Made by a program: the position numbers and the translations under genes
Shown: positions 42,270 through 53,957 of the stretch, piece after piece
How the letters are laid out: each line of letters begins with the position of its first letter
How positions within the stretch are numbered: position 1 is the stretch's first letter
Source of the DNA: Candidatus Bathyarchaeota archaeon
Lineage (GTDB): Archaea; Thermoproteota; Bathyarchaeia; Bathyarchaeales; Bathycorpusculaceae
Length of the DNA: 64,000 nt
Assembly: GCA_963768425.1 (NCBI GenBank)
Contig: CAVYHV010000028.1
Span: 38,911-102,910 of the forward strand
Direction of reading: 5' to 3'
The notes under the pieces: generated by a model
Seen by the model: the letters and a program-made list of their open reading frames with translations, nothing else
The model's database searches: none
Told to the model about the DNA's origin: nothing

Positions 42270-43167
42270 TTTGTCATCATTCAACTTCTCTACTCCATCC
42301 TTGCTGCTATTGAGTTTCTTCCTAAGACAAACTTAACGAAAAGATTCAGTCCAAGCATTATAAGTACAAGAACCAAAGCTGCTCCCCAAGCCTGCAGTGA
42401 TCCAGATTTGTAGGGAGATAGAGCGTAATTGTAAATGAGAACCGTCAGTGAACCTGTTGGCTGCGTAAGAGGCTTGTTGCAAAATAGTGCTGGTCGCTGC
42501 AGTAAATAATAATGGAGCCGTTTCTCCTGTTGCGCGTGAAATAGCTAATACAATGCCAGTTAAAAGCCCGTTTTTCCCTGTGCTTATAACGATTCTAAAC
42601 ATGGTTTTCCATCTTGGAACGCCAAGAGCCATTGAGGCTTCTCTTAAGGTTGTTGGGACAAGTTTAAGAGATTCATCTGTTGTCCTCGCGATTATGGGTA
42701 ATCATTATAAAACTTAAAGCAACTCCGCCGGCAAAAGCAGAAAAATGCTTCGTGGTTAAGACAAGTATAATGAAAACGAAGAGCCCCATAACCATTGTCG
42801 GAAACCCAGTTAATACATCATTCATAAAACCTGAAACTGTTGATAAGCTTCGATGTGGACCATTCTGAAAAGAAGATGCCTGCCCCAACACCGATTGGTA
42901 CAGAGATAAGGGCGGCTATACCCACCATCGTAACAGATCCTACTATTGCGTTGGCAATTCCTCCGCCTGGAAATGTCTGGTGCGGTAGGTAAGTGAGTCA
43001 GGAAGGCGATGTTGATGGCTGGTGCTCCTCGAACTGATACGTCTCCTAATATGAGAATCAAGAGGCACGACTGCGAGAACTACTGCGACGAGGATTAAAA
43101 TTGTCATAGACTTGTTAACGATTTTTCGCCGAAGCGAAATACTCGAGGGCAATCAGATTTTGTCCAT
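42270..43167 (-). CDS. pstA: Phosphate ABC transporter permease PstA (several frameshifts; ends approximate)
   Basis: ALGVPRWKT...LAISRATGETAPLLFT. Confidence 0.88.
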
Positions 43168-43179
43168 GACTGTTTCATC

Positions 43180-44119
43180 TCCTCAAGCTTTAACCTGCTG
43201 ATCCGCGACTCATCCTCCAAAGCAGAAAGTCGGGCAAAAACATTAATTATTAAAGCGACAACAAACAGAATCAATGCAATCTCAATTATTGACGATCGAA
43301 AAAGCCCTTGGGCTTCGCCAAATTCATTCGCTATCAGGGAAGCTAAAGTGTATCCCGCCTGAAAACAGATTTGCAGAAATCTTAGGGGTGTTTCCGATTA
43401 CCATGGTCACAGCCATTGTTTCGCCAACGGCGCGTCCTAAGCCCAGAACGAAGGCACCAAATATTCCTGACCTGGCATATGGCAGGACACTTTTCTGTGT
43501 AACTTCCCAGTCTGTTGCGCCAAGCGAGTACATAGCTTCTCGCTGACTATTTGGAACAGCATTTAAGACATCCCTTGAAACTGCAGACATCGTCGGAATA
43601 ATCATTATCGCTAACATGATTCCAGCGGTAAAAAAACTCGTTTGCGAGAGGATGTACCCGCGAATAAGGGAAAGACTCCAAGTGAGTATGTCAAAGGCAT
43701 CTCAACATATTTCTGTAAAAGGGGATTAGAACAACTAACCCCCAAAGACCATAAACGACACTGGGCACAGCTGCCAGAAGATCAACCAATATTCCCAAGC
43801 GCGTAACCAGTTTTCGATGAGCTTTTAGCTTTTCCGTGATAAAGATAGCTACTCCCAGACTAATTGGAAGCCCAATCAGGATAGCAATAGCAGACGTCAA
43901 CAAAGTTCCATAAATAAAAGGCAAAGCACCAAATAGTTCATGATCTGGGTCCCATTTTGTCCCAACCAAGAAACTTGGCCCGAATTGGATATTGAAGCAG
44001 CTGACCCGATAAAGAGTCCTAAAGCAAGAGCAACAAGAAGACCAATAATAAAAAAGGCTGCTGCTGCAAGACCTATTTTTACAATTGTATCTCCTCTTAC
44101 CAGTGTGATTTCACTTCAT
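43180..44119 (-). CDS. pstC: Phosphate ABC transporter permease PstC (several frameshifts; ends approximate)
   Basis: WDP...FGALPFIYGT, LAAVPSVVYGLWG, LGLGRAVGETMAV. Confidence 0.9.
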
Positions 44120-44175
44120 CGCTTCTTTTTCTTGATTAGTATAAAAAAAAGAGATAGATTGCTTTTAAGTTTAGC

Positions 44176-45456
44176 TTAGAGCGGTATTTGGGTTCCGTTG
44201 TAAGTAATCAGCGCAATTGTTGCGGTGTCGATGGTGACTATGTTAGCTGGCAATGGAGCGTAGCCTAAGGTTGTGCTGTATGATTGTCCTTGGTTAATGA
44301 CCCATGTGAAGAAGCTGACGACAGCGGCGCCTTGTTGTAATTGGATTGTGCTTCATAGACTAAACCGTAAGTTAGGGTAACAATTGGGTAGATACCTGTG
44401 TCGGTTTTATCGTTGTAGGTGTTGTCAATGATAGAGACACTTGACCAAAATGCGTTTCCTGCTGGAAGCATACCTGCTCCGGCTGCCAAGGTTGCTCCTA
44501 TATTTGACACGTTGGCTGAGGATGAAGTTGCCTGCAGCGTTTTCAACGGTTCCGTAGGAGATTTGGCCAGGATTTTCAATTCATAAGCGATTTCAAGCGG
44601 ACCAGCGCGCCAGTGTTTTCACCAATGTCCTGCGCAACACCGCCGTTTCCCTTATAGCCTGTACCAACTGGCCAGATGGAAGCTTGTACTTTCCAAGCGG
44701 TGTTCCAAGCTGTACTTGCGTCAGACAAGAAATCGGTGAAGGCAAACATTGTTCCGCTTGAGTCAGATCTGTGGATACGGTTATTGCGGTAGATTGGTAA
44801 TAGCAGCTACATCTGGGCTTTGCAACGCTATTATAGCGGGTCGTTCCAATTGGTTATGGTTCCTAAAAAGATGTTTGCTAGGACTGTCCGGTGAAGTTGA
44901 GACTTTGCATGTTGGACCGTTGAGAAGTTTTAGATTGTAAGCTGGCACAACTGCGCTGGCGGATAATGGTATTGTTAAGGCAGTTGGGCCAGCAGGAAGT
45001 CTGCGATGTCTGCTGTTTGAAGTGGCGCGTCCGATTCGCCGAAATTGTTGACTCCGCCTTGAAAATCAGTGATTCCTGCACCGCTTCCAACGGCATTGTA
45101 GTTTACTTCGACTTTTGGTTGATACTGATTGTAAGCTACTTGCCAATCTGCCATTAGAGGGGCGACAAGTGTACCTCCAGACCCCAGTAATCTGGGTCGA
45201 TGGCGCTGTTGTTGGACGGGAGTTGGAGAAGGAGTTGGAGTGGGAGAAGCGGTTGGCGTTGCGGTTGGTTTAGCTGTTGGGTTGGCTGTCGGGGATGCGG
45301 TGGGAGATGCAGTTGGGTAAGTGTTGCGGTTGGCGTTGGACTTGGAGTTGGGCTCGTCTTAGATGAATTTGAAGATAGATATGTGTAAGCGAATACGCTG
45401 CCTATAATGATAACGATAACTACTACTGCAATGGCTATCATGTATGTAGTTTTCAT
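44176..45456 (-). CDS. pstS: Phosphate-binding protein PstS (heavily frameshifted)
   Basis: N-terminal TM plus PT linker; HRSDSSGT and YPIVTLTY fragments; heads pstCAB. Confidence 0.8.
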
Positions 45457-45520
45457 TTTTTTACCTCTATTTTACAATCGACAATGTAGATTCTGTTGTT
45501 ATATCGATTCCCAACATAAT

Positions 45521-45538
45521 TATATAGACTATATAGAC
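45521..45538. promoter_or_regulatory. Palindrome TATATAG-W-CTATATA(GAC), copy 2
   Basis: tatatagactatatagac upstream of pstS. Confidence 0.65.
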
Positions 45539-45704
45539 GGAAAAACAGGCGAAAACACTAAAACCAACTGAAAAATCGTGGATCCAACTGCTAATCCACG
45601 CAGTGAAAAAAGGAAGTTGCGACCAATTTACCATGCCCATCATGGCGTTTTCCATAGAATTGGGATAATATTCAAAAGAGACATTTGGGCAATTCAATAG
45701 AACA

Positions 45705-46332
45705 ATGGTACCGATTCTGAACGTTAATTGGGAGAGCCTTCCATCAGAATATGACTTTAGCGGACGCGACGCAGACGTTATAGCGCTGATAGAAACGGAA
45801 GACTTAACCATATTCACGTTTGACGGGTTAAAACGAAGAACCGGATTGCATCCTGAAACGTTATCCCGTATCCTTGCACGACTTGAGCAAGAGGGCATAG
45901 TCAAGAAAGAGCATGAAGGCTACAGGGTTAGCCCAAAAATAACCAAGCTGAAACTTAACCAAACACGCAATGAAGAGACTGTCAACAACGCTGATCCAAA
46001 CTTTCCTTCCCTCAGACCTAATGACACAGCACCTTATACTTTCCCTCAGAGGCAAATGGTTCGGCATGCTGCGTTGGCTAGGCATCTCAGAAAACAATCG
46101 CGGCGTCACGTTAAAGTGGATCACTGAAGACGGCGGAATCCAAATAGCCGCGAACATTCAAGGAACAACGCTTAACATAGAAGCGAAGTTCTTAACAAAC
46201 AACGACTTGAACCTGGCGTTAAAAGCGTCTTACCAACTTATGGCGAACATAGGCAAGCTTTGTCAAGGCTCACATGCAATGGCGAGAAACGTGGCTTACT
46301 TCGGCGGCTCAAACTTCTACATGCCCGCTTAA
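45705..46332 (+). CDS. Winged-HTH domain protein (frameshifted)
   Basis: FTFDGLKRRTGLHPETLSRILARLEQEGIV. Confidence 0.7.
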
Positions 46333-46503
46333 ACAGCACCTAGATTATTGATTGATTTTCTTTTGGCAGATATGAAAGTGAAAACAACCGTGAATTGTGT
46401 TCTTATCCTGTGATGATCTAGGGGTAAATTGGGGAAAAGCATTTAAAAAGCAAACGTAAGCATGAACTAAAAAGAAGGCAGTTAGTACGGGTCATGGTTA
46501 TTA

Positions 46504-47481
46504 ATGGCGGAGAAAGAAACAAAAGAAGCGGAAGTGAAGAACGCAAAGCTTGACAAACTTAAAGTTGACGTCAGCTTTGATTATCATTCTTCGCGTTTCT
46601 TTTCGCTGATTTTTTTAATTGTCTACATAGTTGCCATAACGATATTCTGTTTAGAATACAAGATCATTCCAGGACCTGAATTTCTGGTTTTAGGCATTCT
46701 CTTTATCGCCGCTTACAATAAACAGACTTACCGCGCCCTGAAAGATTGGCTTCCGTTCATCACGGTTTTTCTTTCTTACGAAGTAATGTACAGTTTTGTT
46801 GGTACGGTTTCGTCAGGTAATCTTCATTCTGGACCAAAATTTGTGGACACGTACCTGTTTGGTCAAGTCCCCAGTCTCATCCTTCAGCAAAGCTTTAGGC
46901 TGCCAATTTTAGATTACATGGGCGCTTTCTTCTATTCAATATACTTTTTTGTACCAACAATATTCGCCTACGTGGTCTGGAGGAAAAGCCCAAAAAACTA
47001 CTGGAAATACACCGTTGCGTTCGGCGTACTCACATACTCTGCGCTGATAACATTTCTGTTTTATCCTGTCGCTCCCCCCTGGATTCAGTTCAACTCCGTC
47101 CTCAACCCATCCTACACTGGACCCCAAGTGATACGGGTCTTAACTGGTTCGGTTGACCCCAGCCTAGGCTTTCCAGTTTACAAAACACTGTTTGACTTCT
47201 TAAGTCCAAACAACTATGCTGCCTTCCCAAGCATGCACTCAGCCATACCTTGGCTAGTGTTCCTGTTTGCTTTCAGGATTTGGAAATGGAAATCGCTTCC
47301 GGTACTAGCAATCCCCGTTGGCACCTGGTTCAGCGCAGTATACCTCGGCGAACACTACTTCACGGACGTCGTTGCAGGGATAATCTATGCAACAGCAGCC
47401 TACTTCGTGGTCACCAAACTCCTGCCTTACATCTCGACGAAAGTGGGTTTCCTACAGAAGCATGTACCGATTGAAAAATAG
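46504..47481 (+). CDS. PAP2-superfamily (Aur1/IPC-synthase-like) membrane phosphoesterase
   Basis: YPVAPPW, AAFPSMHS, YLGEHYFTDV. Confidence 0.88.
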   Translation: MAEKETKEAEVKNAKLDKLKVDVSFDYHSSRFFSLIFLIVYIVAITIFCLEYKIIPGPEFLVLGILFIAAYNKQTYRALKDWLPFITVFLSYEVMYSFVGTVSSGNLHSGPKFVDTYLFGQVPSLILQQSFRLPILDYMGAFFYSIYFFVPTIFAYVVWRKSPKNYWKYTVAFGVLTYSALITFLFYPVAPPWIQFNSVLNPSYTGPQVIRVLTGSVDPSLGFPVYKTLFDFLSPNNYAAFPSMHSAIPWLVFLFAFRIWKWKSLPVLAIPVGTWFSAVYLGEHYFTDVVAGIIYATAAYFVVTKLLPYISTKVGFLQKHVPIEK

Positions 47482-47584
47482 TCGGTGTGGTCCAGTACCG
47501 ATGTCATGAACTTAAAACATATATTCTTCGAATAAGCAATGGAACAGTAGATAAAAAATGGATCATGCAATAGTGGTGAGATAG

Positions 47585-47848
47585 TTGACGCATCTTCACG
47601 CGTTCGTTGATGTTTTTGTTGAAGCCCAACTGATGGATGAAGTAGTTGAAGCGCTCTCCAAGATGGATAACGTTGAAGAGCTTCATGAGGTAACAGGAGA
47701 ATTTGACATAGTAGCCCTTGTATCAGCCGCCGATATTGAACAATTCCGGGACATTCTAAAAAACAAGATCATGAAAATTAACGGAGTAAAAGGCACAGTC
47801 ACATCAATGGTTTTGCAAGCTCATAAAGGACTCAAATGCAGGGATTAG
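47585..47848 (+). CDS. Stand-alone Lrp/AsnC ligand-binding (RAM) domain protein, HKGLKC subtype
   Basis: Close paralog of 8217..8513 (EVTGEFDIV.LVSAADIE.FRDILKNKIMKI.GVK). Confidence 0.88.
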   Translation: MTHLHAFVDVFVEAQLMDEVVEALSKMDNVEELHEVTGEFDIVALVSAADIEQFRDILKNKIMKINGVKGTVTSMVLQAHKGLKCRD

Positions 47849-47937
47849 CTTTTTTGAAATTTTGCAAGAACAGAAATCATGAACTTGATTTTGAGAGAAC
47901 AAAAAAGGATTGCTAATTGATGACATTCTTTTTTATT

Positions 47938-48405
47938 CTATTTTCCAGATTGCATGTTATCTTCCTGGAGGATTTGTTGGGTTCTGGTTTCGATGAATGA
48001 TACTATTTTGGTTTCGGCGAACTCTTTGTTTTCTTCTTGCAGGATAAGCAGCTCACGGATTTTTTTCAATAGTTCTTCAACGGCAACTGGTTTTACCAAA
48101 AAGGCGTCGGCGTGCTGATTGACTGCTTCTATAGCGTTGTTCATTGAAGGGTAGCCTGTGAGCATTATTTTGGCCATTTTCGGTGTCGTTTCTTTAAGTT
48201 GAGTAATCAGTATTGTTCCATCTACATCTGGTAAACGCCAATCTACGATCGCAAGGTTGTAGAAGTTGGCATAGCTCTTTTCAACGGCTTCTTTTCCATT
48301 CTCAGCGGTGTCAACAATGTAGCCTTCTTCTTGAAGTACAATTGACAATGTTTGACGAATGTTTTTGTCGTCATCTATTAGGAGGATTCTGGCGGTATCT
48401 GTCAT
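47938..48405 (-). CDS. Stand-alone response regulator receiver protein
   Basis: ILLIDDD, IVDWRLPD, LTGY, LVKP. Confidence 0.9.
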   Translation of the reverse strand: MTDTARILLIDDDKNIRQTLSIVLQEEGYIVDTAENGKEAVEKSYANFYNLAIVDWRLPDVDGTILITQLKETTPKMAKIMLTGYPSMNNAIEAVNQHADAFLVKPVAVEELLKKIRELLILQEENKEFAETKIVSFIETRTQQILQEDNMQSGK

Positions 48406-48664
48406 GATTAAACCTTCAAATGAAAATGGCGTGATCAATATATATTCTGTATGAAGCCAAACTACAGACTTAAAATACACAATTCACCGGAACGTCCTTG
48501 GAAAAAGGATTAAACCTAATGTGATCTCCTCTTGTCCAGATTGGGCCTGATCATGTAAACTTGAAAATCATCAATTAGAACCAAGTTGTACGCTTAAGCA
48601 ACAACAAAACTATTTTAGTGAAAAATCAGTCTTGCATCTTAGCTTATTGTGGAGGTGAAATTTT

Positions 48665-48976
48665 TTGATGAAAAAGGATACTAACATGGATCCAATGAAG
48701 GTCGCTTCTAACGTTTACAAGTTTATTAATGAAAACGACCGGGTTAGAGTTCTCGAAGTAATTTTTAAACCAGGGGATACTGCGAAGATGCACCATCACC
48801 CTGAACACGTAGTTTATGTTTTAAAAGGAGGACGCCTAAAACTCACTTCTGAAGGAAAAACTCAGGAATTAGACTTAAAGCAGGGATCAGTTGTTTTTCT
48901 CAAAGAGCAAGACCACGAAGCAACTAACAATAGCAAATCAGATATTGACCTTCTAGTTGTAGAGCTAAAGAAGTAG
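48665..48976 (+). CDS. Cupin domain protein
   Basis: ENDRVRVLE...PG...MHHHP...H. Confidence 0.85.
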   Translation: MMKKDTNMDPMKVASNVYKFINENDRVRVLEVIFKPGDTAKMHHHPEHVVYVLKGGRLKLTSEGKTQELDLKQGSVVFLKEQDHEATNNSKSDIDLLVVELKK

Positions 48977-49225
48977 TTTGTGACAGAGACAAATCATTCC
49001 TAACAGTACTCGACAGTTTCTACTACAGTTCCTTCTCAGAGTTTGTTCTTCCACAATTTTTTGTTGCATAGCGATGAAAAAGCCCTACGGCTGAGAAAAA
49101 AGAAAACAATATTCATACAATATGGCGAACGGGAAAATAAGAGAAAAACATTAGTTTTTCTCGTTAGAGTTAGCGCGTTGGCGTTGTTAAACGTGTTTTT
49201 ATCTGAAAAAGATAAGACAGAAATT

Positions 49226-49540
49226 TTATGTTTTGAGTCCATCGAGTCTTTTGCTAAGTTCTTCGAATACGAGACGCTTTTTTTCTTTGCTCAAATGAAG
49301 AATGATTTTAGATACCATTTCGTTGGAGATTGTGAAGATGTAGTTCAGTTTTATTACACTATCTTTTATGGCTCCCTCACTCTTTGTTAATGGTATTCCT
49401 TTCATCTTGAGGTTGCTAGTTACGCCTGCTATCACAACGTTTCCAAATTCTTCAAACAGGACTACCGCTGGTCTGGTCTTTACATCGGCGGTGTCCGTAA
49501 ACTGCACAGTTGCAACGATTAGGTCTCCGGCTTTAGGCAT
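49226..49540 (-). CDS. PemK/MazF-like toxin
   Basis: GDLIV..VQFTD....KTRPAVV...ITS-type pattern. Confidence 0.85.
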   Translation of the reverse strand: MPKAGDLIVATVQFTDTADVKTRPAVVLFEEFGNVVIAGVTSNLKMKGIPLTKSEGAIKDSVIKLNYIFTISNEMVSKIILHLSKEKKRLVFEELSKRLDGLKT

Positions 49541-49766
49541 TTTCCCAAGCCTCGTCTTCGGTGTTGTCCCATAGTTCCTTCATTTTTGCTTGTTGAATCT
49601 GGTGGATAAATTCATCGTATTGTCTTCTGTTTTTGGATTCTTTTGCCATTTTTATGAGGTTAGAGATAGTCTCATTGTAGGTTTCTCGGGGGTATTTTCT
49701 GATGCTTCTTAGCTCCTTGACTATAGACTTTTTGAGTTGTATGGTGGTGGCTTTTTCTTCACTCAT
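49533..49766 (-). CDS. Putative cognate antitoxin
   Basis: TTIQL...RETYNETI..L N-terminus, acidic WDNTEDEAW tail, overlaps the toxin start. Confidence 0.75.
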   Translation of the reverse strand: MSEEKATTIQLKKSIVKELRSIRKYPRETYNETISNLIKMAKESKNRRQYDEFIHQIQQAKMKELWDNTEDEAWENA

Positions 49767-50031
49767 TATACATCGCCTATAATTACCACATAACTCCCCA
49801 TAATAAACTTTATACTAAAAAGAACCATTAAACCATCAACGAAATTAACGTAGAAAGTTAGCTGATCCCGGGTCTAACTGGTGGTACCCAACCTAATCCG
49901 GTCTCTTTGAAGGGCATCCCGATGGCAAGTAGTAGAAGCTAACTCTCCTACGCACGATTTGACATCTTAATAGACGCAGAAGCAAGCTAGCTGCTCAAAA
50001 TGTACATCGCTGACAGGAGCCGCCGATTAAA

Positions 50032-50169
50032 TCAGACAAAGGCTCCACGGACTTTTTTTGAGCAGGCTACGCTAAAGTTTTTGAAAAGCTCCTTTTGCTC
50101 TGCCTCGTACTCATCAAATGCAGCTTTAAACTTCTCGAAACCTTCAACATCAAATTTTTCTTCACTCAT
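50032..50169 (-). CDS. 45-aa ORF, possibly a truncated viral gene
   Basis: MSEEKFDVEGFEKFKAAFDEYEAEQKELF...; GAGGTGA SD; same strand as the viral genes. Confidence 0.45.
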   Translation of the reverse strand: MSEEKFDVEGFEKFKAAFDEYEAEQKELFKNFSVACSKKVRGAFV

Positions 50170-50302
50170 CAAATCACCTCATTATCTTAAAACGATTCAG
50201 CAGCAGGAATATTGAACCCCAAATTGGCTGTTGAAACTAAATTTAGCTCCAACCCCAAATCTCCCAAACCTCAAATTTAAGTTGCCAAATTTTAAATAGT
50301 AA

Positions 50303-50806
50303 TTGGGACCACACCGTCCTATGCAAATTAAGGATTTAATCCGCTACAACCTCTTCGTTCGCGAGCTTTATTTTGACGCTATAGCTAAGTTGCCTTGGGC
50401 AGCGGTTGTTGAGCCTCGGGGTTTGAGTTTTGATTCCATGCGTGACGTTTTTTTGCATTTAACTGTGGTTGAGGACAGATGGATTGGCTTCGTTATTCTT
50501 GGAAGCAAAAAAGAGTGGGTTGGTTTAGATTTTGACGCTTTCAATGATTTTGATGCGTTGAAAAAATGCATGCAGCAGACAACGGAAAACACGGAAAGTT
50601 ATTTGGCCAAGCTTTCTGACGAGGAATTAAAAAGGGAAGTGGTTGTTCCGTTTGGCGATAAGCAAAAAATCAGCGTTGAAACAGTTTTGACCCACATAGT
50701 TATCGAGGACATGATTCACTACGGCGAGTTATCGGCTGCTTTCTGGCAGATGGGTTTGCAAGCACCTTACATGGCCTTTTGGCAATATAAACATCAGCAC
50801 CCTTAG
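50303..50806 (+). CDS. DinB/YfiT-like protein
   Basis: H....EDRW...LTHI..E..IHYGELSA. Confidence 0.85.
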   Translation: MGPHRPMQIKDLIRYNLFVRELYFDAIAKLPWAAVVEPRGLSFDSMRDVFLHLTVVEDRWIGFVILGSKKEWVGLDFDAFNDFDALKKCMQQTTENTESYLAKLSDEELKREVVVPFGDKQKISVETVLTHIVIEDMIHYGELSAAFWQMGLQAPYMAFWQYKHQHP

Positions 50807-50880
50807 GCTAACCCGAAAGGATAGAAGATAGCGAATCGCGAACTATACTTTTAATTAAGCAGACGAAAGATAGAAAAGCA

Positions 50881-51111
50881 CTAGAATGTGCTTGTGGCCA
50901 CAGTTTGTGCTTCACCGCTTATGTCGTTTGCGATGGTGCTTTTCAAGTAGCCCGTTCTGACTGGAACTAACGTGTTTGCAGTCGCTAAAATATTCTGGGC
51001 AATATTCATCATAGCTTGCCCAACCGCCTCCGGATACTGCTCACAAAGACAGCTCAGGCAATTCTTTTTTGCATCAAAATTCGACAAATTAACCTGGAGA
51101 GAAATACCCAT
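50881..51111 (-). pseudogene. HK97 gp10-like tail-completion protein, C-terminally truncated
   Basis: A..LVPVRTGYLKSTI motif; only 76 aa, ends next to dinB. Confidence 0.65.
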
Positions 51112-51228
51112 ATTGATTCACCCTAACCATCGGAATAGAATGAAGCGAATCTTCAGTTACACGCAAATAACTTAGCTAGAAAATTAATACTAGTTGCAGA
51201 TAATGAAGCTGGATAGGTCGATTACACT

Positions 51229-51708
51229 ATGAAGTCTCTGATAGTCTGTTACTCTTTCCATCACAATAACACTCAGAAGGTAGCTGAAGCTATGGCAAAG
51301 GTTCTCGATGCACAAATAAAGACTCCACTTCAAACAAACCCCGAAGAGCTTCAACAGTTTGACTTAGTAGGGTTCGGCTCAGGAATATTTGGAGAAAAAC
51401 ACCACGAAAGTCTGCTTGAACTGGCTGATAAACTCCCTCAAGTCACAGATAAAAATGCATTCATTTTCTCAACAAGTTTTGTGGGTGTTGATTCGCTGTT
51501 ATTTGGGAAAACTTCAGGTAAATTTCACACAGCACTTAGGGAGAAACTGCAATCTAAAGGCTACACTATTGTTGATGAGTTTAATTGCAAAGGCTTTAAC
51601 ACTAATCGCATCTATGGTCGGTTTGGTGGAATGAATAAAGGCAGACCTAACGCTGAAGACCTCAAACACGCTGAAGAGTTTGCTTCAAAGCTCAAAAATT
51701 CAATATAA
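51229..51708 (+). CDS. Flavodoxin family protein
   Basis: YSFHHNNTQKVAE, VGFGSGI, F.CKG, GRPNAEDL. Confidence 0.9.
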   Translation: MKSLIVCYSFHHNNTQKVAEAMAKVLDAQIKTPLQTNPEELQQFDLVGFGSGIFGEKHHESLLELADKLPQVTDKNAFIFSTSFVGVDSLLFGKTSGKFHTALREKLQSKGYTIVDEFNCKGFNTNRIYGRFGGMNKGRPNAEDLKHAEEFASKLKNSI

Positions 51709-51896
51709 AGGTCCCCTTTTTAGTAGCTTGAAAAAAACGATGCAGTCCCGCTGCATTCTCCTAAGCTATTTTCGTTACTCTGTGCTCTACAAGAACCTGA
51801 GAACCGTTTTTGTAAGTCACAATCCAAGAGCTAAATTTTGTCTTAAATTTCTGGTTTGCCGCCCTTTTTAGTTCTGCCATTCACTTCACCTGCCTA

Positions 51897-52334
51897 TTAA
51901 CTTGAGATGCTGAAGTAAACGGCGTCAATGTTGATCATAACGCGGGTTACTTCAGTTGCGTTACTGTGAATCGGCTCTCCGGTTACTGCATAGTTTGGGT
52001 CTTGTAAGTGTATGATGCGGGTAACTTCAGCCTGCAATGCTTCCAAAGTGGATTCTGCAGTGGCTAAATCGGCTGTGCTTTGGCTAGCGTTAACAACAAT
52101 TATGTCGACCACAAGTTTTTCGGTAACCAGGTAGCATTCGCGGCTAAGGGCGTCAACCTGCTTGCTAGGGCTCGCGTTATAGACAGCTACTTGCAAGGGT
52201 CCTTTTCCCTGAGTAATTCCAATTGCATCCATGCGAGTTGTAGGCCACAAAATATTCGCGGTAGCCACTGGACTTGATAGCTCCCAATTTTCCTGTAGCA
52301 ACTCCGAAACCGTTAAGGCTTGATTTACAGCCAC
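51897..52334 (-). CDS. Putative tail terminator/head-completion protein
   Basis: Size and position after the adaptor; no motif recognised. Confidence 0.45.
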   Translation of the reverse strand: MAVNQALTVSELLQENWELSSPVATANILWPTTRMDAIGITQGKGPLQVAVYNASPSKQVDALSRECYLVTEKLVVDIIVVNASQSTADLATAESTLEALQAEVTRIIHLQDPNYAVTGEPIHSNATEVTRVMINIDAVYFSISS

Positions 52335-52439
52335 CTAGGCTTTCCTCCGCCTTCTGCCGAAATAATAAAGAAGCCAACCTATCACGAAAAGCGCTATAGC
52401 AACAGGAATAAGCAGAAGCCCAAGTTTTCGTTTTACCAT
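52335..52439 (-). CDS. 34-aa single-TM peptide (MVKRKLGLLLIPVAIALFVIGWLLYYFGRRRRKA)
   Basis: Exactly fills the gap between two viral genes. Confidence 0.6.
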   Translation of the reverse strand: MVKRKLGLLLIPVAIALFVIGWLLYYFGRRRRKA

Positions 52440-52441
52440 TC

Positions 52442-52975
52442 CTAAAGCCCCATTCCCTTGCACCGAGGAATATCATGCCCTAACTTTGCTTCAGCGCCTA
52501 TGGCAACCGTTGAAAGATTCACCATATTTCGGGTAAAACTGTCCTGGAAGCTTTGCACTGCGCTTTGAAATGAGAATTTTCCAATGGTGCCTTTGGTTAC
52601 GAATAGGTCGCCAAGCTTGTAATCTGCCGCGCCCAAAAGCATGCCGCCGCTTGCAGCAACTAAAACGCTCATGCATGCAAGGTCTAAGGCGGCTAACTGC
52701 GCAAACGAGTAACGCGGATCCGTTGATGTTACGGTGGGCACCAAGCTGCCTATGTAGGTGTTCGCGTGATCAACGAATGCTTGGACGCTGTTGCTTGAAA
52801 CAGAAAGCCCATAAACCAGATAATTGCTGTTGCTATCTGGTCCGGTAGCATTTAGAAAGCCGATAACTTCTTCTAGCGAAGTTAACGCTGGGTAAGTTGA
52901 CGTGAAAAGTCTCCGTAAATTGGTTAATTTGAAGCCGGCTTTACGGTCCATAGTTAAAAGATATGGGCAAAACAA
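52442..52975 (-). CDS. Putative head-tail adaptor protein (true start probably near 52903)
   Basis: Directly after the MCP; F..HAN.YI...A.LAA..LAC...YKLGDL.V pattern. Confidence 0.55.
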   Translation of the reverse strand: MFCPYLLTMDRKAGFKLTNLRRLFTSTYPALTSLEEVIGFLNATGPDSNSNYLVYGLSVSSNSVQAFVDHANTYIGSLVPTVTSTDPRYSFAQLAALDLACMSVLVAASGGMLLGAADYKLGDLFVTKGTIGKFSFQSAVQSFQDSFTRNMVNLSTVAIGAEAKLGHDIPRCKGMGL

Positions 52976-52982
52976 ACTAAGC

Positions 52983-53881
52983 TTAACTAGTTGCTAACCC
53001 TGTGATCGCGGCTTGGCATTGACCGTTGAGTATGATCGGAGCATATCGGGTGCTGAGAATCGGCTTCACCAGTTCCTTGGATTTGAGCAGCTCAACATCG
53101 GTTGTGAGCGGTCTCTTCACGAGGAACATCCCTAGAGGGGCATAGGAAGCAGAAAGGTTCTTGCCTGTTGACAAGCAAATGATGGTCCCTGCGGGAACAA
53201 CGTTTGACCAGCAAAGTTCCCATTCGCCCAGCATCTGGATCGGCTTCTGAGTAATCGGCGAGATCTCGTTGCGGTATAGGCTGTAGTTAGGTAGGTTCTT
53301 GATGTCGCGTTTCTGGATCGGGTTGCAGACAATGGTGTCCATCAAAAAGTCTCCGGCGTTGATCAAAGCTTCAGCATTGTTGAAGTCTTCCATGCCTGCA
53401 GTGTTTGCCTTGGTGAATTCGGTGCCTGTTACAGTGATTGTTTTGCCGGTGCATCCAATGCTATTTGCGCTTGGAACTGCAGCAAGCATCACGGTCCAGC
53501 AGTCAAGTTCAATCTGATACGCCAAGACGTCTGGCTAAACTTTTCAGCTGTTGATTAACCACTGGCAAGTCAACGTCTTCAACGACTTCTTTAGGAATCT
53601 CCACGGCTTCCATACGTTTGTATGGGCTAATGGTAGCGTATTTCATAGGTGTGTAATCCACGGGTGCAGCGGTGCCTGGCGCAACTTCGCTTATGCCTAC
53701 ACTGTGAGAGCCGTTTTCAATCGCGTAAGTCTTAGTTCGGCCATGCTTCAAAACGTCATCTGTGAGTAGTCTTTTCAAGAATCAGGTTTGGCATAGTCAT
53801 TTCTATGATAACCTGGTTCAGTTCTGGATACTGAATCGCAGCACTATCAACAAAGGTTAGAGCGTCTTCTACAAAACTCAT
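52983..53881 (-). CDS. Major capsid protein, HK97 fold (frameshifted)
   Basis: About 300 aa combined; EVAPGT..P....K....IPKEVVED...IVCNP...RY pattern; synteny. Confidence 0.75.
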
Positions 53882-53957
53882 TTTTCTTTTTTCCTCCAAA
53901 AATAATTATTTTGATTTTTCTTCTCGCTTTCAAAAAAACTGAAAGGGTGATCCTCGG

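Noticed and set aside
47503-47530. TCATGAAC upstream of the fourth RAM gene as a sixth regulon site
   Set aside because: No TATA box at the 14-bp spacing and poor match downstream of the core
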